DNA from: Porticoccaceae bacterium
GTDB taxonomy: Bacteria; Pseudomonadota; Gammaproteobacteria; Pseudomonadales; Porticoccaceae
Direction: 5' to 3'
Assembly (NCBI GenBank): GCA_041633885.1
Contig: JBFJMM010000001.1
Coordinates: 1 to 33,441, forward strand
Length of the DNA stretch: 33,441 nucleotides
Position numbers and translations under genes: made by a program. Position 1 is the stretch's first letter, and every line of letters starts with the position of its first letter. Below are positions 18,477 to 29,384 of this stretch, piece after piece. The notes under the pieces were generated by a model. That model had not been told where the DNA came from. It made no database searches and was given only the letters and a program-made list of their open reading frames with translations.

Positions 18477-19373
18477 CTACTGTCTCGACAGGCTGTACAC
18501 ATAACTGGCTAACAGGCGAATTTTACCTTCCCGTAATTGTTCACCCTGGGCGGGCATCAGGCCCTGCCGCCCGCCACGGATGGTGGTTTTTATTAGTTCC
18601 GGCGAGCGACCGTAAAGCCAAACATCATCGGTTAGATTGGGCGCGCCCAAGGCCTGATTGCCACGCCCGTCCACACCGTGGCAGCTGGCGCAATAAGTTG
18701 TAAATACCTGCTCGCCCTTGCCCGCCTGGCTGTCATCGTGTTCGCGCGCGCTAATTTTCAGAAGATATTCGGTCACCGTTGCGACACCATCCTCGCCGAT
18801 TATCGCCGCCCAGCCGGGCATCGTCCCGCGCCGCCCATGGGTGATCGACGCCTGGATTGCCGCGGCGCTGCCCCCATACAGCCAGTCATCATCGGTCAAA
18901 TCTGGAAACCCATATCCCCCGCCACCGTCGCTACCATGGCACGCGGCACAATTATTTCCAAACAAGCGGCGACCTATTTTGAAAGCAGCGGGATCGAGCG
19001 CCAGTTCTTCTATGGACTGATCCTTGAAGTTGGCGTAGGTCGCCTCGAACCGCTCATCAGCTCTTTTTTCCTGAACAAGCCACTGCCCTCCCGATGTCCA
19101 GCCCAACGCACCAGGCAGATTGCCCAGCCCCGGGTAGAGCAGCACATAGACAACAGCAAACACCACCGTCGCTACAAACGACTGGAACCACCATCCCGGT
19201 AACGGGTTATCGTATTCTTCAATCCCGTCATAGACGTGCCCGGTTTTTGGTGGCTCCCCATCTTTCGGCTTTTCCCGCAGCACCACGCTGCGATTGGCAA
19301 ACAGAATCCAACACACGCCAACTAGCGTTATCGCAAAAATGGCTATGACCCACCAGCTCCAGAACGTACTCAT
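18477..19373 (-). CDS. ccoP: cbb3-type cytochrome c oxidase subunit III (dihaem c)
   Basis: N-terminal TM helix and two CxxCH haem-c sites (CAACHG, CASCHG). The start ATG overlaps the ccoQ stop (ATGA). Confidence 0.9.
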   Translation of the reverse strand: MSTFWSWWVIAIFAITLVGVCWILFANRSVVLREKPKDGEPPKTGHVYDGIEEYDNPLPGWWFQSFVATVVFAVVYVLLYPGLGNLPGALGWTSGGQWLVQEKRADERFEATYANFKDQSIEELALDPAAFKIGRRLFGNNCAACHGSDGGGGYGFPDLTDDDWLYGGSAAAIQASITHGRRGTMPGWAAIIGEDGVATVTEYLLKISAREHDDSQAGKGEQVFTTYCASCHGVDGRGNQALGAPNLTDDVWLYGRSPELIKTTIRGGRQGLMPAQGEQLREGKIRLLASYVYSLSRQ

Positions 19374-19588
19374 TGGCTACCTCGACCACTTTCGACTTCG
19401 CGCCTGTCGCCGAGCTCACCGGACCCGTGCAGGGGCGAGTCTGCCCCGGGCATATCGTCGGCAAAGGGCAGCAGAGCGGCCTCTTCAAAACGTTCCTTGT
19501 TCCGCCCTCTGTAAGCCCACAGGCACACAGCAATAAACGCCAGCATCGCCAATAAGGTTCCAATCCCCTGCACAGTACCCTGATCCAC
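19370..19588 (-). CDS. ccoQ: cbb3-type cytochrome c oxidase subunit IV
   Basis: (GTG)DQGTVQGIGTLLAMLAFIAVCLWAYRGRNKERFEEAALLPFADD is the canonical CcoQ sequence. It lies between ccoO and ccoP. Confidence 0.8.
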   Translation of the reverse strand: MDQGTVQGIGTLLAMLAFIAVCLWAYRGRNKERFEEAALLPFADDMPGADSPLHGSGELGDRREVESGRGSQ

Positions 19589-19606
19589 AAGCCCCCCAGG
19601 CGCCCG

Positions 19607-20221
19607 TTAACGCTTCTGCTGAATTAAGGTACCCAACTGTTGCAGGTAGGCCACCAAGGCATCGACCTCCTTGACATCACCGCCTGCGAAGGACGCGGCG
19701 GCCGCTGCGATGTCCGCGTCGGTGTAGGGCACACCCACTGTGCGCAGTGCCGCCATTTTCGCCGCAGTATCTTTTCCAGTGACAACATTCTGAAATAACC
19801 AGGGGAATGCAGGCATGTTGGACACCGGCACAACGTCCCGCGGATTGTAGAGATGCGCGCGATGCCACTCGTCGCTGTAACGGCCGCCAACTCGTGCCAA
19901 ATCCGGCCCGGTGCGTTTTGAACCCCATAAAAACGGGTGCTCGTAAACTTGCTCACCGGCCACACTGTAGTGCCCATAGCGTTCCGTTTCAGAGCGGAAC
20001 GGGCGAATCATTTGCGTATGACACACGTGACAGCCTTCGCGAATATAGATATCGCGTCCCTCCAATGCCAGCGCCGGCAGCGGCAGCAAACCGGCAATGG
20101 GTGTGGTGGTAGATTGGGTGAAGAACAGGGGTACGATTTGCGCCAGACCGCCAAAACTCATGGCCACCAGTGTCAGCACAATTAACAGCCCGACGTTTTT
20201 TTCAACAATATCGTGTTTCAT
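19607..20221 (-). CDS. ccoO: cbb3-type cytochrome c oxidase subunit II (monohaem c)
   Basis: [19 protein letters not shown]... followed by a CHVCH haem-c site and the motifs [14 protein letters not shown] / RYSDEWH. The ATG lies at 20219-20221. The track start at 20299 overlaps the ccoN 3' end and is an over-extension. Confidence 0.9.
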   Translation of the reverse strand: MKHDIVEKNVGLLIVLTLVAMSFGGLAQIVPLFFTQSTTTPIAGLLPLPALALEGRDIYIREGCHVCHTQMIRPFRSETERYGHYSVAGEQVYEHPFLWGSKRTGPDLARVGGRYSDEWHRAHLYNPRDVVPVSNMPAFPWLFQNVVTGKDTAAKMAALRTVGVPYTDADIAAAAASFAGGDVKEVDALVAYLQQLGTLIQQKR

Positions 20222-20232
20222 AGTCGGTCGCC

Positions 20233-21675
20233 CTAAACTGTTGCCGCGGCGGGGGAAACCGGCTCGGCCGCAGGCCGGGCGCCGCGACAGGTTTGCCAAA
20301 CGTTATAGGCCATCACCAGCATGCCGAGGAAAAACAACCCACCCCCCAGCAGGCGCACATAGTAGCCCGGCATACTCGCTTCGACAGATTCCGCAAAGGT
20401 GTAGGTGAGGGTGCCGTCTGCGTTAAACGCGCGCCACATCAGACCCTGCGCGATACCGTTGACCCACATGGACGCGATGTATAGCACCGTGCCGATGGTG
20501 GCCAGCCAGAAATGCATATTGATCAATTTAACGCTGTACATTCCATTGCGCTCAAACAGTATGGGAATAAGATGATACATACTACCGATGGAAATCATGC
20601 CCACCCAGCCGAGCGCCCCGGAGTGCACATGACCGATGGTCCAGTCCGTATTGTGGGACAGCGCATTGACCGTTTTAATGGACATCATCGGGCCCTCAAA
20701 GGTGGCCATGCCGTAAAAAGACAGGGACACCACCAGAAATCGGAGGGTGGGATCGGTGCGCAACTTTTCCCAGGCGCCGGACAGGGTCATGATGCCGTTG
20801 ATCATACCGCCCCAGGAGGGTGCCAGCAGAATAATCGACATCACCATACCGAGACTCTGCGCCCAGTCCGGCAGCGTGGAATAATGCAAATGGTGCGGAC
20901 CGGCCCAGATGTAGACCGCGATAAGCGCCCAGAAGTGCACGATCGATAGCCGGTAGGAGTACACCGGCCGGTTGGCCTGCTTGGGCACGAAGTAATACAT
21001 CATGCCGAGAAACGCCGCCGTCAGAAAAAAGCCCACGGCATTGTGGCCATACCACCATTGCACCATCGCATCAATGGTACCCGCATACACCGAGTACGAC
21101 TTAAACAGTGTTACCGGAATTGCCGCGCTATTGACCACATGCAGCATCGCTACCGCGAGTACAAAAGCCCCAAAAAACCAGTTCGCGACGTAAATATGAG
21201 AAGTGTTGCGTTTGACCAGCGTGCCGAAAAAAACCACCGCGTAGGACAGCCACACCAGTGTAATTAAAATATCGATGGGCCATTCCAGCTCAGCGTACTC
21301 CTTACTGGTGGTCAGACCCAACGGCAAGGTGATGGCGGCGGCGACAATCACCAGTTGCCACCCCCAGAATGTAAAGGCCGCCAGGCCTGGAGCAAATAAA
21401 CTGGTGCGACAGGTTTTCTGCACGATGTAGTAAGACGTCGCGAACAGGGCGCAACCACCAAACGCAAAAATCACCGCGTTAGTGTGCAGGGGACGCAGAC
21501 GCCCGAAATGAAACCACGGCAGGCCCATGCTCAGGTCCGGCCATACCATCTCGGCCGCCAGGATCACCCCCACCAGCATGCCGACAATACCCCATACAAC
21601 GGTCATGATCGAAAACTGTCTGACGACACGCAGGTTGTACACCGGGGGGGCACCGGCCGGTCCACTGTCACTCAT
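20233..21675 (-). CDS. ccoN: cbb3-type cytochrome c oxidase subunit I
   Basis: About 480 aa, 12+ TM helices, haem-copper oxidase His ligands (e.g. [29 protein letters not shown]). AGGAAA lies 8 nt upstream of the ATG at 21673-21675. Confidence 0.95.
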   Translation of the reverse strand: MSDSGPAGAPPVYNLRVVRQFSIMTVVWGIVGMLVGVILAAEMVWPDLSMGLPWFHFGRLRPLHTNAVIFAFGGCALFATSYYIVQKTCRTSLFAPGLAAFTFWGWQLVIVAAAITLPLGLTTSKEYAELEWPIDILITLVWLSYAVVFFGTLVKRNTSHIYVANWFFGAFVLAVAMLHVVNSAAIPVTLFKSYSVYAGTIDAMVQWWYGHNAVGFFLTAAFLGMMYYFVPKQANRPVYSYRLSIVHFWALIAVYIWAGPHHLHYSTLPDWAQSLGMVMSIILLAPSWGGMINGIMTLSGAWEKLRTDPTLRFLVVSLSFYGMATFEGPMMSIKTVNALSHNTDWTIGHVHSGALGWVGMISIGSMYHLIPILFERNGMYSVKLINMHFWLATIGTVLYIASMWVNGIAQGLMWRAFNADGTLTYTFAESVEASMPGYYVRLLGGGLFFLGMLVMAYNVWQTCRGARPAAEPVSPAAATV

Positions 21676-21724
21676 TTTCTGTTTCCTTGACGGGCCCGAC
21701 GAACCGGGCAGTTTTACCGCGCGC

Positions 21725-21766
21725 ATTATTCAGGATGGGGAGCCGGCGGCGCATGACCTAAATCAA
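21725..21766 (-). promoter_or_regulatory. Candidate FNR/Anr-dependent class II promoter of ccoNOQP
   Basis: The minus strand reads TTGATttagGTCAT (comp. 21753-21766), matching 8/10 positions of TTGAT-N4-ATCAA. AATAAT (comp. 21725-21730) has its centre 32 bp downstream of the box centre. The box lies about 85 nt upstream of the ccoN ATG. Confidence 0.55.
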
Positions 21767-21833
21767 GCACCGCGGGATCGGGGAAATAGCAATGCGATTA
21801 GCTAGAAGCCGAACCGGCGGATAACGGGTAATT

Positions 21834-23063
21834 TCAGCGCTTTCTATCCGCTGCAATACGCAGACGCAGGGCATTGAGCTTGATAAATCCCTCCGCGTCC
21901 TGCTGATTGTAGGCCCCGGCATCGTCGTCGAACGTGGCAATACGCGCATCGAACAGACTATCGTCCGATTTGCGTCCGACCACGATCACATTGCCCTTGT
22001 ATAATTTCAGCCGAACCACACCGTTGACGTACTGTTGCGACTGATCAATCATCGTTTGCAACATGCGGCGCTCCGGCGACCACCAGTAGCCGTTGTAAAT
22101 GAGGCTCGCGTAGCGCGGCATCAATTCGTCCTTCAAATGCGCCACCTCCCGATCGAGGGTGATGGACTCGATGGCGCGGTGCGCACGCAGCATAATGGTG
22201 CCGCCCGGTGTTTCGTAACAGCCCCGGGATTTCATGCCCACATAGCGGTTTTCCACCAGATCGAGACGACCGATGCCGTTGGCGCCGCCAATGCGATTCA
22301 GCTCGGTCAGCACCTGTGCAGGAGACAACGACTTGCCGTCCACCGCGACAATATCGCCACAGGCGTAGGTGAGCTCGATATACTGCGGTTGATCCGGGGC
22401 TGCCTCCGGGGCGACACTCCAGCGCCACATGCTCTCCTCCGCCTCGGTCCATGGGTCTTCAAGCATGTCGCCTTCGTAAGATATGTGCAGTAAATTGGCG
22501 TCCATGGAGTAGGGAGATTTTTTCTTGCTGCTGGCGAAGTCAACCGGAATAGCGTGCTTTTTGCAATACGCCATCAACGTCTCCCGGGACGTTAAATCCC
22601 ATTCCCGCCAGGGTGCGATCACCTTGACCCCTGGCTTTAACGCATAAGCGCCCAATTCAAAGCGCACCTGATCGTTGCCCTTGCCGGTGGCGCCATGGGA
22701 GATGGCGTCCGCGCCCGTGGCGTTGGCAATTTCCACCAGGCGTTTGGCGATCAGCGGTCGCGCGATAGATGTACCGAGCAAGTATTCGCCCTCGTACACC
22801 GTGTTGGCGCGAAACATCGGGAACACAAAGTCCCGTACAAATTCCTCGCGCAGGTCGTCTATATAAATTTCCTTGATACCCATCGCCTCGGCCTTGGCCC
22901 GCGCTGGCGCTACTTCTTCCCCCTGGCCAATGTCGGCAGTAAATGTCACCACTTCGCACTGGTAGGTTTCCTGCAACCACTTCGCGATCACCGACGTATC
23001 CAGTCCACCGGAGTACGCTAACACCACTTTTTTTACTTTCGACGCTGTATTGACCTTCGACAC
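21834..23063 (-). CDS. argG: Argininosuccinate synthase
   Basis: [18 protein letters not shown]-binding motif and full-length ArgG similarity ([13 protein letters not shown], ...[11 protein letters not shown]). I prefer the GTG at 23061-23063, which has GGGAG 7 nt upstream. The track start at 23087 is 8 codons further upstream. Confidence 0.93.
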   Translation of the reverse strand: MSKVNTASKVKKVVLAYSGGLDTSVIAKWLQETYQCEVVTFTADIGQGEEVAPARAKAEAMGIKEIYIDDLREEFVRDFVFPMFRANTVYEGEYLLGTSIARPLIAKRLVEIANATGADAISHGATGKGNDQVRFELGAYALKPGVKVIAPWREWDLTSRETLMAYCKKHAIPVDFASSKKKSPYSMDANLLHISYEGDMLEDPWTEAEESMWRWSVAPEAAPDQPQYIELTYACGDIVAVDGKSLSPAQVLTELNRIGGANGIGRLDLVENRYVGMKSRGCYETPGGTIMLRAHRAIESITLDREVAHLKDELMPRYASLIYNGYWWSPERRMLQTMIDQSQQYVNGVVRLKLYKGNVIVVGRKSDDSLFDARIATFDDDAGAYNQQDAEGFIKLNALRLRIAADRKR

Positions 23064-23214
23064 AGGAAACTCCCGACAGGCACGCAATAGGGTTTAAAGA
23101 ACGAATACGGATTTTAATACGCTCACCCGCGTTTTGACAGGCGCAAGTTCACCCTGTCGCGACCGGGCAGTTTCCGGTAGGATGCGAACCCGTAATGATA
23201 AACACATTTGTTAC

Positions 23215-24252
23215 ATGACCACATTGACCCTGACCCGCCCCGACGACTGGCATTTACATCTGCGCGATGGCGCCATGCTCAGCGCTACGGTGAGCATGGC
23301 GGCGCGACACTTCAACCGCGGCGTGGTCATGCCGAACCTGGCGCCTCCGGTTGTCACCACCGCTGAGGCCGCCGCCTACCGCGACAGGATACTTGCTCAA
23401 CGACCTCTGGGAAGCGACTGGCAACCGCTGATGACACTCTATCTCACCGATAACACCTCACCGGATGAAATTACGACGGCCATAAGCAGTGGCTTTATTA
23501 TCGGTGTTAAATACTACCCGGCCGGGGCTACCACCAACTCCGCGGCTGGCGTCACCGATTTACAAAAAGTGTACCCGGTACTGGGCCGCATGCAGCACCT
23601 GGGCATGCCCCTGCTCTTGCACGGCGAAGTCAACGACCCGGAGGTCGATATTTTCGACCGCGAAGCAGTGTTTATTGATCGCCACCTGATTCCCCTCAGG
23701 GAGCGATTCCCCGCGTTGAAAATCGTGCTGGAACATATCACCACCCGCGAGGGCGCGCAGTTTGTCGCGCAGGCACCCGCGCACGTTGGCGCCACCATCA
23801 CGCCCCAACACCTGTTATTTAACCGCAACCACATGCTGGCCGGCGCAATCCGCCCGCACTATTACTGCCTGCCAATTCTGAAACGGGATAGTCACCGACA
23901 GGCATTGATCGCCGCGGCGACCAGTGCCGATCCGAGTTTTTTTCTCGGCACCGACTCCGCACCCCATGTGCGCTCGCGCAAGGAAACCGCCTGTGGCTGT
24001 GCCGGTTGTTATAGTCATCACGCCGCGCTGGAACTGTATGCCGAAGCGTTCGAACGCGCCCAGGCCTTACCCAGGCTGGAAGGTTTCACCAGTCACTTCG
24101 GCGCGGACTTCTACGGTCTGCCCCGTAACACCACCACACTGACCCTGCGGCGCGAGTCCTGGTGCCTGCCCGATGCGCTGCAACTGGGTGACGACGAGGT
24201 GGTACCCCTTGCCGCAGGTGAATCCCTAAACTGGAGAGTTGTCGATGGGTGA
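23215..24252 (+). CDS. pyrC: Dihydroorotase (homodimeric type II)
   Basis: [19 protein letters not shown] carries the HxH metal site. Also [11 protein letters not shown] (the carbamylated-Lys region), HGE, and LGTDSAPH. The 27 extra codons in the track ORF are not PyrC-like. Confidence 0.9.
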   Translation: MTTLTLTRPDDWHLHLRDGAMLSATVSMAARHFNRGVVMPNLAPPVVTTAEAAAYRDRILAQRPLGSDWQPLMTLYLTDNTSPDEITTAISSGFIIGVKYYPAGATTNSAAGVTDLQKVYPVLGRMQHLGMPLLLHGEVNDPEVDIFDREAVFIDRHLIPLRERFPALKIVLEHITTREGAQFVAQAPAHVGATITPQHLLFNRNHMLAGAIRPHYYCLPILKRDSHRQALIAAATSADPSFFLGTDSAPHVRSRKETACGCAGCYSHHAALELYAEAFERAQALPRLEGFTSHFGADFYGLPRNTTTLTLRRESWCLPDALQLGDDEVVPLAAGESLNWRVVDG

Positions 24253-24913
24253 CATGGAAGCGCTACTCGCGGAACAAACCGAAACACCACTGTGCGCGCG
24301 CTTTCGTGGATTTCTGCCCGTGGTGATCGATATCGAAACCGGTGGCTTCGATGCGCGCAACCATGCACTGCTGGAAATTGCCGCCGTCATGCTGGATATG
24401 GACGATTCCGGCAAGCTCATTCGTACGGATACCATCGCCCACAATATCGTGCCCCATCGCAACACCCTTTGCGATGATTCTGCGCTGGCATTTACCGGCA
24501 TTGATCCCACCGACCCGGCGCGGGAAGCTCTGGGTGAGGCGGAGGCACTGCAGAATATTTTTCAGGTAGTGCGTCAGCGTTTACGCCACCATGAATGCAC
24601 GCGAGCGGTGGTGGTGGCCCACAATGCACATTTCGATCTGGGGTTTATCAACGCCGCCATTGAACGCAACAGTATCAAGCGCAATCCCTTCCACCAATTT
24701 TCCTGCTTCGACACCGCCACCCTGTCGGGTCTCGCGTTCGGCCAGACCGTACTGGCCAAGGCCTGCTCCGCGGCGCAAATTCCATTCAGTCCCGACCTGG
24801 CCCACAACGCTGTGTACGATGCCGAACGCACCGCGGAATTATTTTGTCTGATCGTGAATCGCTGGAAGGATCTCGGTGGCTGGCCGGACTTCGACGGGCG
24901 TGGCGCGGGGTAA
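24245..24913 (+). CDS. rnt: Ribonuclease T (DEDDh 3'-5' exoribonuclease)
   Basis: [18 protein letters not shown] (Exo I), HNAHFDLGF (Exo II), H..YDAE (Exo III), ending NRWKDLGGW, all typical of RNase T. The ATG at 24245 has GGAGAG 6 nt upstream and overlaps the pyrC stop within the octamer ATGGGTGA. Confidence 0.9.
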   Translation: MGDMEALLAEQTETPLCARFRGFLPVVIDIETGGFDARNHALLEIAAVMLDMDDSGKLIRTDTIAHNIVPHRNTLCDDSALAFTGIDPTDPAREALGEAEALQNIFQVVRQRLRHHECTRAVVVAHNAHFDLGFINAAIERNSIKRNPFHQFSCFDTATLSGLAFGQTVLAKACSAAQIPFSPDLAHNAVYDAERTAELFCLIVNRWKDLGGWPDFDGRGAG

Positions 24914-25010
24914 AAACCAAACTCTCACAGTGCGTAAAACGTCACGCACCCGTTGCCGCCAGTGGGCTGTTACTGACACCCGCTGGAGTGATCGCCCAAT
25001 CTGACGGGCA

Positions 25011-25340
25011 TCAAGCAGCGTCAGAATCGGTGACCGCGGCGTTAATCAGTGTTTTCAGTTCGCCGCTTTCGTACATCTCGGTAATAATATCGCAGCCACC
25101 CATCAACTCTCCCTTGATCCACAGTTGTGGAAATGTCGGCCAGTTGGCGTACTCGGGCAATTTGGCGCGAATCTCCGGATTGCTCAGAATATCCACATAA
25201 GCAAAACGCTGCCCACAGGCCATCAGCGCCTGCACCGAGCGCGCCGAAAAACCGCACTGTGGCTGATTGGGGCTACCTTTCATATACAAAATGACCGGAT
25301 TGTTTTCAATCTGATCGCGGATAGTCTCGATAATATCCAT
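25011..25340 (-). CDS. grxD: Monothiol glutaredoxin (Grx4 family)
   Basis: MDIIETIRDQIENNPVILYMKGSPNQPQCGFS carries the CGFS active site, followed by WPTFPQLWIKGELMGGCDI. The ATG lies at 25338-25340; the track start at 25349 is a TTG. Confidence 0.9.
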   Translation of the reverse strand: MDIIETIRDQIENNPVILYMKGSPNQPQCGFSARSVQALMACGQRFAYVDILSNPEIRAKLPEYANWPTFPQLWIKGELMGGCDIITEMYESGELKTLINAAVTDSDAA

Positions 25341-25588
25341 GGTAGCCAAACCTCGCTGGTTATGTGCAACCCGTGCACGGGGAAAATAAATGTCATCGTT
25401 GCGTCCCTGTCCACCTGTGCGCGTCTACCGCGCATCCCTCTTGCGCGAGGGGAATCCGGCGACATCAATGGGTCTAATAGTGGAGCGAAACACTCGGGTA
25501 TTCTACACTCTTTCCAGAACAACTAAAACTGTCGGTCGCAGCATTTTAGCGTCTGGTAATTATCGGTTACGCGAATGACCCTGGAGCG

Positions 25589-25617
25589 TTGCCATCTACA
25601 ACGATTAATTATATAGT
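25589..25617 (+). promoter_or_regulatory. Candidate sigma-70 promoter upstream of argD
   Basis: TTGCCA (25589-25594), a 17-nt spacer, then TATAGT (25612-25617). Each hexamer matches 5/6 consensus positions with optimal spacing. The site lies about 65 nt upstream of the argD ATG. The region is AT-rich, so a chance match is possible. Confidence 0.35.
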
Positions 25618-25630
25618 CCCACTCTTTTTT

Positions 25631-25660
25631 CAGGCAGCCCTCGCTGCCTGTTTTATTTTA
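25631..25660 (+). terminator. Intrinsic-terminator-like hairpin (8-bp GC-rich stem, 4-nt loop, U-tract) on the + strand, 21 nt upstream of argD
   Basis: CAGGCAGC (25631-38), loop cctc, GCTGCCTG (25643-50) form eight Watson-Crick pairs. TTTTATTTTA follows immediately (25651-60). No annotated + strand gene ends here. Confidence 0.55.
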
Positions 25661-25680
25661 GACTAGCGATTAGTTTACGT

Positions 25681-26853
25681 ATGGCTCCTACAACTGCATT
25701 GATGAATACCTACGGTACGAGAGCACTGACCATGGTGCGCGGCGCAGGCGCGAACCTGTGGGACGACCAGGGCAAGCAATACCTCGACGGCGTGTCGGGT
25801 ATTGCGGTGTGTGGGCTGGGACACGCGCATCCGGCTGTGACTGAAGCTGTTCACCGCCAGGCGGCGACGCTGATGCACTGTTCCAACTTGTACAATAACC
25901 CGGTTCAGGAGCAACTCGCGGAAAAACTGCGGGACGTATCCGCCATGACGAATATATTTTTTGGCAATTCCGGTGCCGAAGCCAACGAGGCCGCCATCAA
26001 GCTGGCGCGGTTGTTCGGTCATCACAAGGGTGTCGCCAAACCGACTATAGCTGTCATGGAAAACTCCTTCCACGGGCGCACCCTCGCCACTCTGAGCGCG
26101 ACGGGTAGTCGCAAGGTACAGGCCGGTTTCGAGCCACTGGTCAGCGGTTTTTCCCGGGCCCGGTTCAACGACATCGCCGCCCTTGAAGCCATCGCGGACA
26201 ACAATCCCAACGTGGTCGCGGTACTGGTGGAACCCATTCAGGGCGAAGGTGGTATTCGGGTTCCCGCTGCGGATTACCTGCGCAATGTTCGAGCTCTGTG
26301 TGACAAGCACGACTGGTTGATGATGCTCGACGAAATTCAGACCGCCAACGGCCGCACCGGCGCGTACTTCAATTATCAGCTACACGATGTGCTCCCCGAC
26401 GTAGCTACCGTCGCCAAAGGTCTCGCCAATGGTATGCCGATCGGCGCCTGCCTGGTAAGCGGCAGGGCAGTCGACCTGATGGGTCCCGGCAAACACGGCT
26501 CTACCTTCGGCGGCAACCCGGTGGCCTGTGCCGCGGCGCTCGCCACCATCAACACCATTAGCGAAGAAAAGCTGCACCAACGGGCGCACATTCTCGGCGA
26601 AAAAATTCGCGCGGCGCTGACCGACAAACTGGCAAACTGCGACCACGTGGTGGCAATCCGCGGCGCGGGCTTGATGATTGGCATCGAGCTCAATACCCCC
26701 TGCGCACAACTTGTCCCGCAGGCGGCGGCCAAAGGGTTACTGATCAATGTCACTGCGGAGCGGGTAGTGCGCCTTTTACCACCCTTGATCCTGAGCGACA
26801 GCCAGGCTGATCAACTGGTGTCGATCCTCGCCCCACTAATCGCCAACTACTGA
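25681..26853 (+). CDS. argD: Acetylornithine (or succinylornithine) aminotransferase, class III PLP enzyme
   Basis: 390 aa. LMNTYG..L..VRGAG..LWD..GKQYLD start, then [27 protein letters not shown] and STFGGNP motifs. It is followed by argF. Confidence 0.85.
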   Translation: MAPTTALMNTYGTRALTMVRGAGANLWDDQGKQYLDGVSGIAVCGLGHAHPAVTEAVHRQAATLMHCSNLYNNPVQEQLAEKLRDVSAMTNIFFGNSGAEANEAAIKLARLFGHHKGVAKPTIAVMENSFHGRTLATLSATGSRKVQAGFEPLVSGFSRARFNDIAALEAIADNNPNVVAVLVEPIQGEGGIRVPAADYLRNVRALCDKHDWLMMLDEIQTANGRTGAYFNYQLHDVLPDVATVAKGLANGMPIGACLVSGRAVDLMGPGKHGSTFGGNPVACAAALATINTISEEKLHQRAHILGEKIRAALTDKLANCDHVVAIRGAGLMIGIELNTPCAQLVPQAAAKGLLINVTAERVVRLLPPLILSDSQADQLVSILAPLIANY

Positions 26854-26884
26854 GTTCGCTGGCCGATTTCCCGGGAGTCCCCCT

Positions 26885-27796
26885 ATGGCGCCGAGACATT
26901 TTCTCACCCTTCGCGACCTTTCCACCGTCGAACTGACCGGCATCGTTGAGCGCGCCATCGCACTCAAGGCCACCCATCGCAAAAATGCCGAAGACGCAGT
27001 TCTGTCGGGTAAAGTGCTGGGCATGGTTTTCGAAAAGTCCTCCACTCGCACCCGGGTGTCTTTTGAAGCGGGTATGGCGCAAATGGGAGGGTCCGCGCTG
27101 TTTTTGTCCCCCGCTGACACGCAACTGGGTCGCGGCGAACCCGTCGAAGACACCGCGCGGGTGATTTCCCGCATGGTCGATATTATCTGCATGCGCACCT
27201 TTGAACACGCCAAGCTGGAAACCTTTGCCGGGCACTCCCAGGTACCCGTCATCAACGCCTTGACGGACGATCATCACCCCTGTCAGTTGCTGGCGGATAT
27301 TCAGACGTATGTCGAACACCGGGGCGATCTGCGCGGCAAGACGGTGGCCTGGATCGGGGACGGCAACAACATGTGCCATTCCTATATCGACGCCGCCGCC
27401 CTCCTCGGTTTTCACCTGAACATCGCCTGCCCCGCTGGCTACGACCCCGACCCACAATTGCTGGCCGCCAACAGCCAGCGTGTAACCATTACCCGGGACC
27501 CCAAAGTCGCCGCCGCCAATGCCCACCTGGTGGTTACGGACACCTGGGCTTCGATGGGACAGGAAAACGAAAAACAAAAACGGCTCGATGCTTTTGCAGG
27601 CTTTCAGGTAAACCATGCATTGATGGCACATGCCGATCCCAACGCACTGTTTATGCATTGCCTGCCCGCCTATCGGGGCCTGGAAGTCAGTGCTGAGCTA
27701 CTCGAAGACGAACGCTATTCCGTGGTCTGGGACGAAGCCGAGAATCGCCTGCACGCCCAGAAGGCGCTGATACTGTTTTTGCTCGCGCCAAGGTAA
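26885..27796 (+). CDS. argF: Ornithine carbamoyltransferase (anabolic)
   Basis: 303 aa with [13 protein letters not shown] (carbamoyl-phosphate site), [15 protein letters not shown] and HCLPAYRG motifs. GGGAG lies 8 nt upstream of the ATG. Confidence 0.9.
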   Translation: MAPRHFLTLRDLSTVELTGIVERAIALKATHRKNAEDAVLSGKVLGMVFEKSSTRTRVSFEAGMAQMGGSALFLSPADTQLGRGEPVEDTARVISRMVDIICMRTFEHAKLETFAGHSQVPVINALTDDHHPCQLLADIQTYVEHRGDLRGKTVAWIGDGNNMCHSYIDAAALLGFHLNIACPAGYDPDPQLLAANSQRVTITRDPKVAAANAHLVVTDTWASMGQENEKQKRLDAFAGFQVNHALMAHADPNALFMHCLPAYRGLEVSAELLEDERYSVVWDEAENRLHAQKALILFLLAPR

Positions 27797-28068
27797 TCGC
27801 AAGCTTTTACAGTGCTCACGCGGAATCTGGACAACCGGCGCATTTCTAGTCGCGGGCGAATACCCGTCCTGCGCAACCCATTAAAATCCATGGTGGAATA
27901 CCGTCGCAGCGGTGTTATTCCCCGTAACGCCGCAGTTTAACCAGGACAGATCAAGACGTCCTTACGCGCACCTTGACAAGTCACCGGGGTTATTTAATTC
28001 TGTGCCACTACAGGCGTTGTTGGACATGTTACTCTGCCTGTCGTCTGCCAGACTCTACCGGAGAGAAA

Positions 28069-28977
28069 ATGAGCACGCAAACACCCACCGCCCGCAACAG
28101 CGAAGCCTTATTCCAATCCTACCTGCGGGCGCCCACACTGGCCGTGCCCACCACGCTGATTTTCGTGGCGGTTATCATATGCATGGTGGCCACCTGGCAC
28201 TACGCGCTGAACGGTACGATAGCGCTCTGGGCGGGCAGTATTATCAACGGGCTGTTGAGCTATTGTTTGTTCAGCGTGATCCACGATAGTGCCCACTGTT
28301 CGCTGTCCAGCAACCCGGTTCTCAATGAAGGCATCGGTTCCATTGCACTGCTGTTTATCTTTCCTTACGCGCCCATGGTACTGCTGCGCTGGGTACACAA
28401 TCAGCACCATATTCACGCCAATGGACAAAACGACCCGGATATTTATGAGCATGAGTCGAAGTGGTGGCAGGTGCCGTTTCGCTGGTCCTGTTTTGATGGC
28501 TACTACATTTATTACTTTTTAAAGCATGGCAAAAAAGTGATGAAGAAACACGCCAGAGCTCTGATTGTTTTTTACAGCCTTCTGGCCGCCGTATTTGTCA
28601 CCGCGCTGGCGACCGGTTTCGGTTACGAATTGCTGATGTTGTGGTTTATTCCCACGCGCATAGCGCTATTTATGATTGCGGTGGTATTCGTGATATTACC
28701 TCACCACCCCGCCATGGTCAGCCAGCAGGAAGATCCGTATATGGCGACCACCATGCGCATGGGCTGGGAATGGTTACTGACGCCGCTACTGGTTTATCAA
28801 AACTACCATCTCATTCACCATCTGTATCCCGCCATACCATTCTATAAAATGCACAGGGCCTGGCATTTGAAGCGCAACGAACTGACCCAGCACAACCTAA
28901 GTATTCAAACGGCGTTTGGCCTCGAGCCCGCTAATATAGAGTCCCACCGGCACTTCCATGACCAACCAGCCACCTGA
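28069..28977 (+). CDS. Membrane fatty-acid-desaturase-family di-iron enzyme (three His boxes)
   Basis: About 302 aa. His boxes HDSAH, HNQHH and HLIHH (..HHLYPAIPFY), with TM helix pairs between the boxes. GGAGAG lies just upstream of the ATG at 28069. The track start at 27973 is a TTG over-extension. Substrate cannot be inferred. Confidence 0.8.
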   Translation: MSTQTPTARNSEALFQSYLRAPTLAVPTTLIFVAVIICMVATWHYALNGTIALWAGSIINGLLSYCLFSVIHDSAHCSLSSNPVLNEGIGSIALLFIFPYAPMVLLRWVHNQHHIHANGQNDPDIYEHESKWWQVPFRWSCFDGYYIYYFLKHGKKVMKKHARALIVFYSLLAAVFVTALATGFGYELLMLWFIPTRIALFMIAVVFVILPHHPAMVSQQEDPYMATTMRMGWEWLLTPLLVYQNYHLIHHLYPAIPFYKMHRAWHLKRNELTQHNLSIQTAFGLEPANIESHRHFHDQPAT

Positions 28978-29162
28978 TGCAAGTTGCCAGCGGCGCGACC
29001 GCCACCTGGCAGCGCGAAGCGCCCTGGCGCGTGCTGGTAAATTACACAACCAAGAATACCCCGTGAATTGACTTCGGTTGATCGCCATCAAAACCGTTGC
29101 CGCGGTTGTCGGCTAACATCTTCCACCAACTATTTTTTTAACCTGCTGAGGGAAGGGCCAGT

Positions 29163-29384
29163 ATGTCGGGCGAATCCAGTTACGCGAAAACCGTGGTGGC
29201 GCAAACCCTGGAAGAAGCGCGAACGCGCCCCAGCATGGATGGGGACGCCATGGGTAGAGCGCTGATTCAGGCCGTGGTGGAACAATATCTGACCTACCGC
29301 GACAGCGCCGACGTCGCCCGCGAGCTGGAATATCTGGTGGAGTCACTGCAAGACGACGACCCGGTGATTACCCGCGGCAGTTAG
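29163..29384 (+). CDS. Hypothetical small acidic protein (73 aa)
   Basis: ATG preceded by GAGGGAAGGG. Third-position GC bias resembles neighbouring genes. Predicted helical and acidic (…VVEQYLTYRDSADVARELEYLVESLQDDDPVI). I recognise no family. Confidence 0.45.
   Translation: MSGESSYAKTVVAQTLEEARTRPSMDGDAMGRALIQAVVEQYLTYRDSADVARELEYLVESLQDDDPVITRGS

Noticed and set aside
25595-25620. AT-rich segment acgattaattatatagt upstream of argD as an E. coli-type ArgR ARG box.
   Set aside because: It does not fit the TGAAT-wwww-ATTCA palindrome in any register. Pseudomonas-like organisms also use a different (AraC-type) ArgR.
25350-25660. Possible Rsm(Y/Z)-type or other known sRNA ending at the orphan terminator.
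   Set aside because: There are only a few GGA motifs, and none lies in the repeated hairpin-loop arrangement typical of CsrA/RsmA-sequestering RNAs. I could not match any known family by eye. I kept it as an open finding about the terminator only, not as an sRNA call. The 62-aa + strand ORF at 25390-25578 has an implausible composition and no RBS.
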